Source of the DNA: an uncultured Clostridium sp.
Lineage (GTDB): Bacteria; Bacillota; Clostridia; TANB77; CAG-508
Direction: 5' to 3'
Length of the DNA: 64,000 bases
Assembly (NCBI GenBank): GCA_947245515.1
Contig: CAMXQV010000001.1
Span: forward strand, 17,827 to 81,826
Positions within the stretch are counted from its first letter, which is position 1. Each line of letters starts with the position of its first letter. Below the pieces are notes generated by a model that was not told the DNA's origin, searched no databases, and worked only from the letters and a program-made list of their open reading frames with translations. Position numbers and translations under genes: made by a program. Shown one piece after another: positions 1 to 10,496 of the stretch.

Positions 1-50
1 GAAATCAAATATCCTGGTAATAATAACTTTATAAATCGTTTTATCCCCAT
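1..50 (-). CDS. 5' end of a CDS running off the window (product unknown)
   Basis: ATG at 48-50 (minus) preceded by GGAGAA. Reads MGIKRFIKLLLPGYLI to the window edge. Too short to classify. Confidence 0.3.
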   Translation of the reverse strand, partial: MGIKRFIKLLLPGYLI

Positions 51-86
51 AAGTTTCTCCTTAAATTACTCTATTATTTTCTAATC

Positions 87-1202
87 TTATATAATATGTT
101 CAATAAGTTCTTCCCATCTCATATTAATTATTTTTGGGTTTACAAGTTCTGTTATTTTAGATGCATTATTTCCAATTTTTTCTCTTAATTCCTTATCTTT
201 TAAAACTTTTACAATATTACAAGCAAGTTGCTCTTTATTCTTAACGTCTACTAAGATTCCATTCTCATTATTTTTAATTAAAGTTTTGGGTCCACCACAT
301 GGACAATTAGTTGATATTACTGGTACACCTAAAGCCATAGCTTCTATCAAGGCATTTGGCATACCTTCATAATTTGAAGACATTACAAACAAAGAACTAG
401 TATATATCTTACTTTTAACATCATCAACCACTCCTAGTAATTTTACTTTATTTTCTAATCCTAGTCTTGTTATTTTCTCTTGTAATTCATCTCTTTTTAA
501 TCCTTCTCCATAAATATGAAGTTTATAGTCTTCTATTTCCTTATTTGCTATGTTAAATGCATCTATTAATAAATCAAAGTTTTTCTGTTCTGATAGTCTA
601 CCAACTGATACAATTTTCTTCTCTCTTATTCCTTTGTACGGATTACAAATAAACCTCTCATCTACAGGATTCAATATTATTTCATATTTTTTGCTAGAAA
701 AATCAATTATATCTTCAAAATATTTCTTAGCATCTTCTGTTTGAAATACATAGGCATCTGCTTTAGGATATAAGCTTCTCATAATTATGTTATATATTTT
801 AGAACTATATTCTATTTTGGGATCATTTCTATCACTTATAATTACTTTACTTTTAGGTTTGCTCAACATAGTAATAAAAGATGCTTCTGGTAAAAAAGAA
901 ATAATAATATCAAAATTATATTTTTTATTTGCCTTCTTTAATTCTTTTGTTCTTTTAAATATTTTAGGTATCCTTAGTATTTTTTTTAACAATTTATTTC
1001 CATTTTTAATACTTTTATTATTTGTTAAGCTTATTATATTAATATTTGAATTTAAATCATATAATATTTCTTTATTCGTAATAGTAATTATATAAACTTC
1101 ATTGTTTGTTGAAAAATGATTTGCTAATATTGAAACAACCCTTTCTGCTCCACCTTTTTCCATAGAATTTATACAAAATGCAATTTTTTTATTTTTTAAC
1201 AT
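87..1202 (-). CDS. glycosyltransferase family 4 (GT-B fold)
   Basis: 371-aa ORF. C-terminal GT4-type acidic motif region SSNYEGMPNALIEAMALGVPVIST. Overlaps the next ORF by 14 nt, consistent with an operon. Confidence 0.85.
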   Translation of the reverse strand: MLKNKKIAFCINSMEKGGAERVVSILANHFSTNNEVYIITITNKEILYDLNSNINIISLTNNKSIKNGNKLLKKILRIPKIFKRTKELKKANKKYNFDIIISFLPEASFITMLSKPKSKVIISDRNDPKIEYSSKIYNIIMRSLYPKADAYVFQTEDAKKYFEDIIDFSSKKYEIILNPVDERFICNPYKGIREKKIVSVGRLSEQKNFDLLIDAFNIANKEIEDYKLHIYGEGLKRDELQEKITRLGLENKVKLLGVVDDVKSKIYTSSLFVMSSNYEGMPNALIEAMALGVPVISTNCPCGGPKTLIKNNENGILVDVKNKEQLACNIVKVLKDKELREKIGNNASKITELVNPKIINMRWEELIEHII

Positions 1203-2604
1203 TGTCCTCTTTTACACCTTCTTCTCTAATATTAAATAACATAAATACTAAAATAGTTACTTTTGCAAATTCAAGATAATTTTCTATAAAACAACTTAAA
1301 AAGAAAAATATTATAAATGCTTTTGCTTCATTATTTGAATTTTTTAATAGTTTATAAATAAAATATATTAACATAATTGTTCCGAAAATTCCATATTCTC
1401 CTTGTATTGTAATAATAGAAGAAAATGGGGAATACATAGTTCCTTGCCCTTCTTTTAAATTATATCTTATATATTTTTTTAAAATATACTTTTCAGTATA
1501 ATCTGATATTGAAGGTTCAAAAAACTTTTCATATGAATCTATATATTTTCCTGTACAAGTCATAGCAGCTCTTGAAGAATATTGACCTATTCCATTACCT
1601 AAAAAGAAAAATTTTGCATCCTTTTGTGGGATTTTTAAAAATGTGTCTTCATATGTTTGAATTTTAATTATATTATTCTTCAAATAGTTAAAATCTGTTA
1701 AATTAACTAAATAAACTCTAATCCATTGTGGAGTAACTATAATAAAAACTATTATTCCTATCATAAGAACCATCAAATTAATTAATTTATTTTTTAACTT
1801 CTCATTAAAAAATGATGTTATAAAGTATGATACCATAAACATTATAATTAAAGCTATAGAATTTGTTAAAATAGCCAATAGTATTACTAGTGCTATATAT
1901 ATATAATCAAATTTATTTTTAGTTTTTTTATAATCCATTTTTAAAATTAATAAAGAAAAAATCATGAAAAATAAAAATATATTTCCCTGATGATAACCAA
2001 AGGTTCCAACTACCCAATCATTTGCTATAGAATTTTTAACCTCTGATAAATGAAATATAAAAGATAATGTAGTCGTAATTAATTGAATTATTATTAATTG
2101 TTTATCAAATTTAACAAAATTAACTAATTCTTTTGTTAAATCTTTTTGAGTATTCTTAGTAATATAAATAACCAAAAATATAGATAAACTATATATTAGA
2201 GTAAATAATAAATTTATTGGTCTAAATTGATGAGCAATTATATTTATTACTATTAATGTAATAATAAATATCTTTTCATTATTAAAACTAATCTTTCTAT
2301 TTTTTATAAATAAAAATAGACTAAACAAAAATAATACTAAAATTATAATATAATTGTTAGGAATAATTATACTATAAATTAAAATTTTATAAATATAATA
2401 TATCTTTTTAGTTTTAACATATTTAATAATATTGCTAACTGCTGAAAATAAAAATGCTATATATATTACTATGTTTATATCTTTAATACCAATTAAAATT
2501 CCACCTATTAAATATAACAGTAGTTCTATAAAATATAAGATATCCTTTTTTTCTTCAATATCCTCTTTTCCTACTAAGCTTGTATTTTCCATTCTATTCT
2601 CCAA
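1189..2604 (-). CDS. O-antigen ligase/polymerase-like (Wzy-type) polytopic membrane protein
   Basis: 471-aa ORF that is almost entirely hydrophobic helices with one larger loop. It sits between glycosyltransferases. Confidence 0.6.
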   Translation of the reverse strand: MENRMENTSLVGKEDIEEKKDILYFIELLLYLIGGILIGIKDINIVIYIAFLFSAVSNIIKYVKTKKIYYIYKILIYSIIIPNNYIIILVLFLFSLFLFIKNRKISFNNEKIFIITLIVINIIAHQFRPINLLFTLIYSLSIFLVIYITKNTQKDLTKELVNFVKFDKQLIIIQLITTTLSFIFHLSEVKNSIANDWVVGTFGYHQGNIFLFFMIFSLLILKMDYKKTKNKFDYIYIALVILLAILTNSIALIIMFMVSYFITSFFNEKLKNKLINLMVLMIGIIVFIIVTPQWIRVYLVNLTDFNYLKNNIIKIQTYEDTFLKIPQKDAKFFFLGNGIGQYSSRAAMTCTGKYIDSYEKFFEPSISDYTEKYILKKYIRYNLKEGQGTMYSPFSSIITIQGEYGIFGTIMLIYFIYKLLKNSNNEAKAFIIFFFLSCFIENYLEFAKVTILVFMLFNIREEGVKEDNVKK

Positions 2605-3754
2605 ATTCTAAATAAATTTTTTCGATTTTTTTTATAAATTTATCTATTGTAAAATTATTATAGAATATTTCTATAGATTTTTGTTTCATTATTTCGCATT
2701 TTTGTTTATCCTTTATTATGGTTAATATTTTATTTATCATTTCTTTCTTATTTCCTAATTCCACTAAATATCCATTTAAATTATCTTGAAGCATTTCCTC
2801 TACTCCTCCACATTTATATGCTAATATTGGGTTTCCTGTAGCCATTGATTCTAAAACAACTGTTGGAAAAGAATCCTTTTGAATGCTTGGTAACACATAA
2901 ATATCAAAGAATTGATGTAATTCAGCAATATCTTTTCTAAATCCTACATATTTAATATTTTCTTCTAAATTTAAGTCTTTTATTTTTTTCTTTAATTTTT
3001 CAATTCTCCATTCTTGTCCAGAAAATGCATCTCCAACAATTATTCCATAAATATTATTATTTTTTCTAGATAATTCATAAACAATATCAATAAAATCCTC
3101 TTGTCCTTTTATTGCATTTATCCTACCAATAGTTCCTAAAATAAAAGACTTATCTTTAGGTATATTAAATTCCTTATATAAATAATCTATATTATATTTT
3201 GTCATAAACCTATCTGCTTTAATCCCATTATATACTACTTCTATATTTTTCTTCTTATTTTTAGTAATATTCTCAATATGATTTTTAACAGATTTTGAAA
3301 CAGTAATAACTTTATTAGAATTTTTAATTAATAAATTGTATAATATTTTACTTACTATTGCTGGTTTATCAATCATTTCGTGAACATGAGTAATAAGCGG
3401 TTTATGTATCTTTTTGCTTACAGCAATTCCTTCTAATACCGCTATTGTATTATTATGTATTAAATCGACATGTTTTTCTTTTGCAAATTTAGCTATTTGT
3501 TTTACTGAAGAAAAATAACCAAATAAATAACTAAATATTCCCTTAAAGTTAAAATACTTTCTCCTAACAATTGGATATTTTATTATTTTAGTTTCTATAT
3601 TATTTTTATTTAATATCTCTACTAATGGTCCATCACATGGAAGAACCACTATTGGATTAAAGCTTTCTTTATCTAAATTGCATACTAAATTTAACAAAAT
3701 TTGATCAGCACCATATAATTCAGCCCCTAAATGTAGATATAAAATTGTTTTCAT
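2594..3754 (-). CDS. glycosyltransferase family 4
   Basis: 386-aa ORF. N-terminal GAELYGADQ and C-terminal LPSIQKDSFPTVVLESMATGNPILAYKCGGVEEM are typical GT4/GT1 motifs. Confidence 0.85.
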   Translation of the reverse strand: MKTILYLHLGAELYGADQILLNLVCNLDKESFNPIVVLPCDGPLVEILNKNNIETKIIKYPIVRRKYFNFKGIFSYLFGYFSSVKQIAKFAKEKHVDLIHNNTIAVLEGIAVSKKIHKPLITHVHEMIDKPAIVSKILYNLLIKNSNKVITVSKSVKNHIENITKNKKKNIEVVYNGIKADRFMTKYNIDYLYKEFNIPKDKSFILGTIGRINAIKGQEDFIDIVYELSRKNNNIYGIIVGDAFSGQEWRIEKLKKKIKDLNLEENIKYVGFRKDIAELHQFFDIYVLPSIQKDSFPTVVLESMATGNPILAYKCGGVEEMLQDNLNGYLVELGNKKEMINKILTIIKDKQKCEIMKQKSIEIFYNNFTIDKFIKKIEKIYLEFGE

Positions 3755-4895
3755 ATTTCTTAATTATTTTCTCCCAACTATAATCATCTTCTATTCTTTT
3801 TTTAGCCTTTTCAGATATTTCTTTTATTTTATTTTCTTCTAGCCTATCTGTATTACTAATAACCTTTGACAAATTTCCTTCTTCTTTATTCCAGTATATT
3901 GCTCCTTCCTGTCCAACTTCTTTGTTAAAACCAACATCTAGCAATAAGTTTAATTTAGTTGAAGCTAGAGCTTCCAATAAAGATGGATTAGTTCCACCTA
4001 CTTCATGACCATGAATATATCCATATGCATTTTCTCTTATCTTTTTAATAAGTTCTTTATCATATACTGTTCCAACAAATTTAATTCTACTATCTTTCTC
4101 GAAATCTAATTCTTGTTGTAATTCTGTATAAAATTTATTTTTTTCAACATTAGTTACAATAACTAAATCTTTTTTTGTAGCTGATTTCATAAATTCTTTA
4201 ATTATAGTTTTATAATTATTTTCAGGAACAAATCTACCTACTATTAAATAATATTCATTTGGTTTTACATTTTTTATATTATACCAATCAAGTAGCTTTT
4301 GATCCTTATCTAACAAAGAACTTTTTTTTGTATCAGCTCCATAGGCTATAAAGGTAGTTTTAGGATTATATTTTTTATAATCTTCTTTTATATATTTTTC
4401 AATATTTATTGAATCACATATTAATAAATCAGCATGTTTTACCATTAACTTTTCTGATATCTTCCAATATTTTTTTATTAAAGTATTCCATTTTGCTCTT
4501 TTCCATTCATGTCCATCTGGATTTACATATAATTTAATTCCTAGTTTAGCTAATTTTCTTTTATAATGTGATATAAATGGTCCTATTCTACATGCCAATA
4601 CATATACTATTCCATCTTGTATTTTATTATTTTTTATATATTTTATAGTATCTTTTAATGCTTTTAAATCATAAAGTATAGCCTTAGCAGGTCCAATATT
4701 TTGGACTCTTACACTAAAGCATCTTGAATTATTATATTCAAATTCTTTACTTTCACTATTCATGCATGCTACATGATATTTTATTTCTTCGTTTATTTTT
4801 TTTTCTGTTAATTTGTCTACAAAAGTCTCAAACCCTCCATATTTTGCTGGTATTCCTTTTGAGCCTATTATAAATATGTTTTTTTGTTCCTTCAT
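3720..4895 (-). CDS. DUF1972-domain glycosyltransferase (WchF/RgpA-like, possibly a rhamnosyltransferase)
   Basis: N-terminus IIGSKGIPAKYGGFETFVDKLTE is the DUF1972 signature. C-terminal HGHEVGGTNPSLLEALA is a GT1 motif. Confidence 0.75.
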   Translation of the reverse strand: MKEQKNIFIIGSKGIPAKYGGFETFVDKLTEKKINEEIKYHVACMNSESKEFEYNNSRCFSVRVQNIGPAKAILYDLKALKDTIKYIKNNKIQDGIVYVLACRIGPFISHYKRKLAKLGIKLYVNPDGHEWKRAKWNTLIKKYWKISEKLMVKHADLLICDSINIEKYIKEDYKKYNPKTTFIAYGADTKKSSLLDKDQKLLDWYNIKNVKPNEYYLIVGRFVPENNYKTIIKEFMKSATKKDLVIVTNVEKNKFYTELQQELDFEKDSRIKFVGTVYDKELIKKIRENAYGYIHGHEVGGTNPSLLEALASTKLNLLLDVGFNKEVGQEGAIYWNKEEGNLSKVISNTDRLEENKIKEISEKAKKRIEDDYSWEKIIKKYENNFISTFRG

Positions 4896-4902
4896 ATATA
4901 TA

Positions 4903-5622
4903 TTACATTGCTCCTTCTTTTCTGAAAATTTTTAATATTGTTTTTATAATAATCTTTATATCAAACCATAAAGTTCTATCTTTAATATATGCTACATCCA
5001 TATTTATTCTTTCTTTAAAGCTTTTTGCATTTCTACCATTTACTTGCCAATATCCAGTAATTCCTGGCTTTACTGAAATAATTGTTTTATAATTATCTTC
5101 CATATCTTTTATTTCTCTATGTAAATATGGTCTTGGACCTACAACGCTCATATCACCTTTTAATACATTTATAAATTGTGGAAATTCATCAATACTTGTA
5201 TTTCGCAAAATTCTACCCAATCTTGTTATTCTTGGGTCATTTTTTAACTTTTTATACCTTTCATATTCTTTTTTTGCTTCTTCGTTTTCTTCCAAATATT
5301 GTGCTAGTTTTTCATCTGCATTCATTACCATGGTTCTATATTTATAAATTCTAAATTCTTTTCCATTTTTTCCTATTCTTAATTGTTCATAAAATAATGG
5401 TCCATCATTTTCTTTTTTTAGTACTTTTAAAAAATAAACACATACTGTTATTGGAATTAATAATAAAACACCAATAGTACCTATAAATATATCTATTAAT
5501 CTTTTACATATTTTATAAAATACTTTTTTATTTTTTATTTCTTCTGTTAAATTAGTCTTTTGAACTATAATTGCATCTCTAGAAATAACATTATTTTCAC
5601 TAATATTTACATTCATTTTCAA
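4903..5622 (-). CDS. priming sugar-phosphate transferase (bacterial sugar transferase family, small WbaP/CpsE type)
   Basis: One N-terminal TM helix, then DEFPQFINVLKGDMSVVGPRP, the PF02397-type signature. Confidence 0.9.
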   Translation of the reverse strand: MKMNVNISENNVISRDAIIVQKTNLTEEIKNKKVFYKICKRLIDIFIGTIGVLLLIPITVCVYFLKVLKKENDGPLFYEQLRIGKNGKEFRIYKYRTMVMNADEKLAQYLEENEEAKKEYERYKKLKNDPRITRLGRILRNTSIDEFPQFINVLKGDMSVVGPRPYLHREIKDMEDNYKTIISVKPGITGYWQVNGRNAKSFKERINMDVAYIKDRTLWFDIKIIIKTILKIFRKEGAM

Positions 5623-5755
5623 TTTTCCCCTTATTGAAATTTATTATTAATAAATTAGATAATGTCTCTATTTATTTATATTTATGTAATATTTTTAATT
5701 ACACTTTTCTACTATTTTCATTATACTATTTAACCTATATAATGTCAAACAATTT

Positions 5756-6238
5756 TCAACTATATTTGACATTTTTATGTTTCTTAGTTACTACTATTTT
5801 TAATAATAGTAATATTAAACACATTCCTGAGGCTACTCCTATTGTATCTATCATTACATCTGTTACTTGAGCTGATCTACCTGGTATAAAACTTTGATGG
5901 ATTTCATCTGAACTTGCATATAAAATTCCAATTATCATTGTAATATAAATTCTTTTCTTTTCTTCAATATTATATGTACTTATTAATCCCATAAGAAGTA
6001 GTCCAAGTATTGTATAGATTGAAAAATGTGCAAGCTTCCTTATAATTACTTCCAAGCTATTCATTATATTTTGATTTTCTTCCTTTGATGTTTTTAATAT
6101 TTTTTCTACTATTATTTCTGTTACTTTTTTACTTAAACCACTTGATTTTTCTCCATTTTGACTCGAAAAACCAAATATTATATAAAAAATTCCTAATAAT
6201 GATATAATTAGCACTATTCTTAATATCTTTACTTTCAT
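5756..6238 (-). CDS. VanZ family membrane protein
   Basis: 160 aa with 4 hydrophobic segments. SDEIHQSFIPGRSAQVTDVMIDTIG resembles the VanZ-like motif. Confidence 0.7.
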   Translation of the reverse strand: MKVKILRIVLIISLLGIFYIIFGFSSQNGEKSSGLSKKVTEIIVEKILKTSKEENQNIMNSLEVIIRKLAHFSIYTILGLLLMGLISTYNIEEKKRIYITMIIGILYASSDEIHQSFIPGRSAQVTDVMIDTIGVASGMCLILLLLKIVVTKKHKNVKYS

Positions 6239-6343
6239 TTTTCAACCATCCCTTTTCTACAAAAATATGATTAGAAACCCTTCTAATCATATTTTATAAT
6301 TTATAAGTATTAAGTTTAGACTGGAATAATTGTACTCTTTTAT

Positions 6344-7486
6344 TTATTTTCTATATCCTGTCTTAGAGATAATACTATTACTTATATTTTTTACTTCATT
6401 AGAGACTGTGTAATCTGAATCTCCAAAGGCTTCTTGATGTAATTTTAATACATTACTTTCTAAAGTAACTGGTACACCATACCATCTATCTAAAGTTATA
6501 CCTTTTGTTGAATATGGCCATCCTATGCTTTGACCAATTTTAAAACTTGCAGCACTTGGCATCAAAGCAAATATATCTCCAGCTGAAATATTTGTATATA
6601 CTTTTGGTAAAATAAAATCTACAAAACTGTTTAGTTCTCCAATACTCTTAGTTTTTAATTTATTTGCCATTGCTTCTATTACAGTTCTCATTCTTTCTGT
6701 TCTTTTATAGTCTCCTCCTGCTGTATACCTAATTCTAGAATATGCTACTGCTTGCACTCCATTTAAGGTTTGTCTTCCTGTTGATGGAACTTTTGCGTTT
6801 GATTTTCCAGTTACTTTTGCAGTTTCAGCAATATAAGAATTTAAATATTTTAATTCTTCATTTGTTTCTACATTTATTGTTACTCCACCTAATTTATCTA
6901 CTGCTTCTGCAACTGAATCAAAATTTACTGTAACAAATTCTTTTATATTTAAGTCTAAATTTGTATTCAAGGTTTTTATTGCTAGTGGTGCTGAACCATA
7001 AGAATATGCATGTGTTATTTTGTCTAATCCATGTCCATCAATTTTTACATAGGTATCTCTGTATACTGAAATAAGCTTTATATCTTTTGTTTGATTATTT
7101 ATACTTGCTATTATTATACAGTCACTTCTATTTCCTCTCTCTAAATTGTTATCTCTACTATCTACACCAAAAATAGCTATATTTCGATATCCTGATAAGT
7201 TTTCAGCTGCTGCTGCTGATACTCCTAAGTCTTCTGAACTTAAATCTACTGTTTGCATTTTGCTTAATTTATCATGTATAAACCAATAGATTGTTCCTAC
7301 TAATATTGCTAATATAATTACTAATACTAATACTATTCTTCCAAAGATTTTTAGTCCTCTTTTGTTGCCTTTCTTGTTCTTATTCTTATTATTTCTTGTT
7401 CTTCCTCTTTGTGGTTCCCCTTCATATCCTTTTCTAAAAGCTCTTGGTACTTCATTATCATAATCTTCAGTATATCTTCCAGCCAT
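6344..7486 (-). CDS. LCP (LytR-CpsA-Psr) family glycopolymer-to-peptidoglycan transferase
   Basis: Basic cytoplasmic tail, one TM helix, then FGVDSRDN...RSDCIIIASIN and the rest of an LCP domain. Confidence 0.85.
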   Translation of the reverse strand: MAGRYTEDYDNEVPRAFRKGYEGEPQRGRTRNNKNKNKKGNKRGLKIFGRIVLVLVIILAILVGTIYWFIHDKLSKMQTVDLSSEDLGVSAAAAENLSGYRNIAIFGVDSRDNNLERGNRSDCIIIASINNQTKDIKLISVYRDTYVKIDGHGLDKITHAYSYGSAPLAIKTLNTNLDLNIKEFVTVNFDSVAEAVDKLGGVTINVETNEELKYLNSYIAETAKVTGKSNAKVPSTGRQTLNGVQAVAYSRIRYTAGGDYKRTERMRTVIEAMANKLKTKSIGELNSFVDFILPKVYTNISAGDIFALMPSAASFKIGQSIGWPYSTKGITLDRWYGVPVTLESNVLKLHQEAFGDSDYTVSNEVKNISNSIISKTGYRK

Positions 7487-7668
7487 TTTTATTCCTCCAT
7501 ATATTTAACTTTTTATTATTACATAATTATTATACTATTATTCTTTTTTATTTACAAGCATTACTTTTATTTTTTAGGATAAAATTCCATTATATTATTT
7601 ATCCTTTTATTTATAAGGTTGAAATAATAAAAGGAAGCTTTGTATAATACTTCCTTTTATGAACTTAT

Positions 7669-9387
7669 TTACATTTTATTTGGCATATCTATTCCAAGCA
7701 AATTTGCCCCACTTTTTAATACTTTTCCTACTGCATAAGTTAAATAAATTCTTGCATTTTGGATTTCAATATCTTCTCCTATAATTTTATTTTCATTATA
7801 AAAAGAACTATATGCCTTTGAAAGTTCTATTAGATATCTTGATAAAATTGATGGTTCATTTTTTTCTGTTACTTGAATTAGTATATCTTGAAAATTATAT
7901 ATCATCTTTAATATTTTTTGAGAATAGCTATCTGTTAGAATACTAACCTCTATCTCTTTTAGCTCTGGCAATTTTTCAGCTTTATCTAAAATACTCTTTG
8001 TTCTAACATAAGTATATTGTATATAAGGTCCAGTCTCTCCTTGAAAATTTAATATTGTATCCCAATCAAAGATTTCATCTTTAACTCTACTATTTGATAA
8101 GTCATTAAATATAATTGCACCTATTCCAACTTTTTTTGCTACTTCATCTTTGTTTTCAAGTTGCGGATTTTTTTGTTCAATTATTTGTTTTGCTCTTTCA
8201 ATAGACTCCTTAAGCAAGTCTTCTAATTTTATTACATTTCCTTCTCTTGTTGACATTTTTCCTGTAGGAAGTAAGACCATTCCAAAAGAAACATGTTCTA
8301 AGCCTTTTGTATATTTTTGGTCTAATCCAAGTAGTTTAGCTACTTCAAATACTTGTTTAAAATGTAACACTTGTTCATAAGAAGTTACATACAAAGCTTT
8401 ATCAAAATTATAGTTTCTTGCTCTATAAAGAATTGCTGCTAAATCTCTTGTTGCATAAGTTGTAGAAGAATTTGATTTTACTATTATACATGGCGTATTT
8501 ATCCCTTCTTTTTCTAAGTCAATAATTTTTGCACCTTGTGATTCTTCTAATCTACCTGATTTTTCTAATATTTCTATTATTTCTTGCATTTTATCTGAAT
8601 AAAAAGCTTCTCCATTCCAAGAATCAAATTTACTACCTAATAAGTCATATACTTTTTTAAATTCTTGTAAACTTAAGTTTCTAAATCTTTCCCATATTTC
8701 TATACAGTATTTATCACCATCTTCTAATTTTTTAAAATTATTTCTACATTCCTTTAATGCCTTTTCATCTTCTTTGCATAAATTGTTTATTCTAATATAT
8801 ATTTTTGTTAATTCGTTTATAGGATCTTGCTCTATATTGTATTCTTTTCCCCATAGTTTATATCCTTCTATCAGCTTTCCAAATTGTGTTCCATAATCTC
8901 CTAAATGGTTAATTCCTATTGTATTATATCCTAATTTTTTATAGATATTATATAAGGCTGCTCCTATTACTGTTGAACGTAAATGTCCTATATGGAATGG
9001 TTTTGCTATATTAGGTGCTGAGTAATCTATAACTATATTCTTTCCATTTCCAATATTGAATTTTCCATAATCTTCCTTTTTATCAATCTCCTTTAGCACT
9101 TCTAAAGCTAAGCTCTCTTTTTCTATATAAAAGTTTAAGTATCCACCTGATATTTCTACTTTTTCTATCTCTTTTATGTTTTCTATTTGTTCTTCTATTT
9201 TTACTTTTATTTCACTTGCTATAATATTTGGAGCTTTTTTTAATTCCTTTGCAAGACTAAAACATGGAAATGCATAATCTCCATTATTTGAAACCTTTGG
9301 TATTTCTATATATTTTTCTAATTCTTCTTCCTTAAGGTTAATTATTTTTGATATTTCTAGTGCAATTATTTTTTTAAAGTTTTTCAT
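7669..9387 (-). CDS. argS: arginine--tRNA ligase
   Basis: 572 aa. PNIAKPFHIGHLRS (HIGH region) and GKMSTREGNVI (KMSK-like). Full-length class I architecture. Confidence 0.95.
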   Translation of the reverse strand: MKNFKKIIALEISKIINLKEEELEKYIEIPKVSNNGDYAFPCFSLAKELKKAPNIIASEIKVKIEEQIENIKEIEKVEISGGYLNFYIEKESLALEVLKEIDKKEDYGKFNIGNGKNIVIDYSAPNIAKPFHIGHLRSTVIGAALYNIYKKLGYNTIGINHLGDYGTQFGKLIEGYKLWGKEYNIEQDPINELTKIYIRINNLCKEDEKALKECRNNFKKLEDGDKYCIEIWERFRNLSLQEFKKVYDLLGSKFDSWNGEAFYSDKMQEIIEILEKSGRLEESQGAKIIDLEKEGINTPCIIVKSNSSTTYATRDLAAILYRARNYNFDKALYVTSYEQVLHFKQVFEVAKLLGLDQKYTKGLEHVSFGMVLLPTGKMSTREGNVIKLEDLLKESIERAKQIIEQKNPQLENKDEVAKKVGIGAIIFNDLSNSRVKDEIFDWDTILNFQGETGPYIQYTYVRTKSILDKAEKLPELKEIEVSILTDSYSQKILKMIYNFQDILIQVTEKNEPSILSRYLIELSKAYSSFYNENKIIGEDIEIQNARIYLTYAVGKVLKSGANLLGIDMPNKM

Positions 9388-9471
9388 CTGTTATCTATTT
9401 CCTTCCTTTAGGCACAAATCTGGTTAGAAAAAAATTTAAATTATTTTTTAACCTTTTCCCTGATTTTTTGG

Positions 9472-10476
9472 TTACTGATTTTTCTCTATATAATTCCAAC
9501 TATCTTTACACATATCTTCTAAGGTTTTCTTAGCACTCCATCCTAGTTCTTCTTTTGCCCTTTTAGGATCTGCATAACAACTTGCTATATCTCCTGCTCT
9601 TCTTGAAACAATTTGATAAGGTACTTTTTTTCCAGTTGAATTTTCAAAGGCTTTTACCATGTCTAATACACTATATCCTGTCCCTGTTCCTAAATTATAA
9701 ATGTATAAACCTTTTTCTTCTTTGTTTAATTTTTCTAAGGCTAATACATGACCTTTTGCTAAATCAACAACATGTATATAGTCTCTTACTCCTGTACCAT
9801 CTGGTGTATTATAATCATCTCCAAATATAGACAATTTCTCTAACTTTCCAGATGCTACTCTTACAACATATGGCATTAAGTTATTTGGTATTCCTTGTGG
9901 TTCTTCTCCAATTAGTCCACTTTCATGTGCACCCACAGGATTGAAATATCTTAATATGCAAATATCCCAAGTATTGTCAGATACATAAAGGTCTTTTAGT
10001 ATTTGTTCTATAAATAATTTGGTTGTTCCATATGGATTTGTTGTTCCTCCTGTTTTACATTCTTCTGTTAATGGTATAATTTCTGGATCTCCATATACTG
10101 TTGCTGATGAACTGAAAATGAATTTCTTACATCCATACTTTCTCATTATATCTAATAAAACTAAACATCCTGATATATTGTTTGTATAATATTCAATTGG
10201 TTTTTGTATAGATTCTCCAACTGCTTTATAACCTGCAAAGTTTAATACTGCTTCTATTTCATTTTCTTTAAATACTTTTTCTAATTCTTCTTTATTTGTA
10301 TAGTCTATTTCATAAAATTTAAAATCTTTTCCTGTAATTTCCTTTATTTTTTCTAATACTTCTGGTTTGCTATTTGAAAAGTTATCAATTATTATAATTT
10401 CTTTACCAGCATTTAATAATTCAATAGCTGTATGACTTCCTATATATCCAACTCCTCCTGGTAATAATATAGCCAT
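9472..10476 (-). CDS. galE: UDP-glucose 4-epimerase
   Basis: 334 aa. GGVGYIGSHT Rossmann motif, YGTTK catalytic region, FGDDYNTPDGTGVRDYIHV. Confidence 0.93.
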   Translation of the reverse strand: MAILLPGGVGYIGSHTAIELLNAGKEIIIIDNFSNSKPEVLEKIKEITGKDFKFYEIDYTNKEELEKVFKENEIEAVLNFAGYKAVGESIQKPIEYYTNNISGCLVLLDIMRKYGCKKFIFSSSATVYGDPEIIPLTEECKTGGTTNPYGTTKLFIEQILKDLYVSDNTWDICILRYFNPVGAHESGLIGEEPQGIPNNLMPYVVRVASGKLEKLSIFGDDYNTPDGTGVRDYIHVVDLAKGHVLALEKLNKEEKGLYIYNLGTGTGYSVLDMVKAFENSTGKKVPYQIVSRRAGDIASCYADPKRAKEELGWSAKKTLEDMCKDSWNYIEKNQ

Positions 10477-10496
10477 TTTTTACTCCTACCTTCCTT

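Noticed and set aside
9388-9471. Possible T-box leaders upstream of argS (9388-9471) and cysS (12618-12640).
   Set aside because: The spacers are only 84 and 23 nt, too short for a T-box, and no T-box consensus sequence is present.
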